Source: Marsupella aquatica
Lineage: Eukaryota; Plantae; Marchantiophyta
Direction: 5' to 3'
Assembly: GCA_973895155.1 (NCBI GenBank)
Contig: OZ316896.1
Span: 16,976,754-17,040,753, forward strand
DNA length: 64,000 nucleotides
Both the position numbers and the translations under genes were made by a program. The notes below the pieces were generated by a model. That model had not been told where the DNA came from, searched no databases, and saw only the letters and a list, made by a program, of their open reading frames with translations. This document shows positions 63,291 to 64,000 of the stretch, in pieces; the first letter of the stretch is position 1; each line of letters opens with the position of its first letter.

Positions 63291-64000
63291 TCATTGTTGC
63301 TATATGGTGAATGCACATTTCAGATTTTGTCTTATTCAGATTTTTGTGTCATGTATTTTCATTTCAATCTGCCTTATTAAGGGGCAGCCTTTGTATTTTA
63401 TACATTTTTAATTAATTTTTAGACCCCTTTAGTTTTAGGTATTCTAGAGTGTTTTGAACTTATTTTGGCAGCCCCCTTTCACAGTATGTGTTTTCTTAGA
63501 GATGAAACCAAAGGCTCCACCACCACGAGTGAGAGAAATGGTGCTGAAGAACATGAATGCATAGCCTCTTAAGTTCTCCTCATGTTTTTATTTCCTAGGT
63601 TTATGGTTTTTATTGAAAGGAGTGTCATTCATAAGGCACCCTGAGTTAAGTGCACACATCGTAGCATCGTTTGACTGTACCTTTTCTTGGTCACTGTGCT
63701 TTTCTTGGCAGACACTTTACTTATATAACAGCACTTCTATGCTCTCATATTTTATTTACTTTCAGATCACTACAAGACAAAAAAATAAAACATGTTCCAG
63801 GATGAGCATGCTATATATTGTAAGAGTGTTGCCATTATGTCCATGGTGTGTGCAGTTGGAGGGTAGTGGACTGCTCATGAGGGCACAATGTCATGGTGCC
63901 CCTTGTCTCCTCCTTTCCCTCTCTGCCTCGGCCCTCCTCCCGCCCCCCTTTCCTCTCCTCCCCCTCCCTGCACAAGGGAGGCGGAGGGAGTGCGGAGGCC

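Overview
This is eukaryotic land-plant nuclear DNA. Intron style, long UTRs and TE mix suggest a non-seed plant such as a bryophyte, but the species is not identifiable from sequence alone. Four host genes are supported: a 10-exon pinin (16883-20946, minus), a 4-exon FSP1/AIFM2-like FAD/NAD(P)H oxidoreductase (28508-31151, minus), an intronless conserved plant protein (49764-50615, plus) whose 3' end is tandemly quadruplicated, and a 4-exon GNAT10-like acetyltransferase (55245-59123, plus). They sit in a dense, nested TE matrix. It includes a full-length Ty1/copia element with near-identical 344-bp LTRs but a ruined pol, inserted in a foldback element; a complete but pseudogenised PIF/Harbinger element; a non-autonomous MULE with 140-bp TIRs and a 10-bp TSD carrying a 114-bp tandem array; four solo LTRs; non-autonomous Helitrons; LINE-like 3' tails and MITEs. 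I found no clearly novel intact system. The best leads are the young-LTR/dead-pol paradox and gag-pol stop of the copia element, the stop-codon/3'UTR tandem array, and two unexplained decayed coding relics, one of them possibly KDZ-type. All alignments were done by eye.
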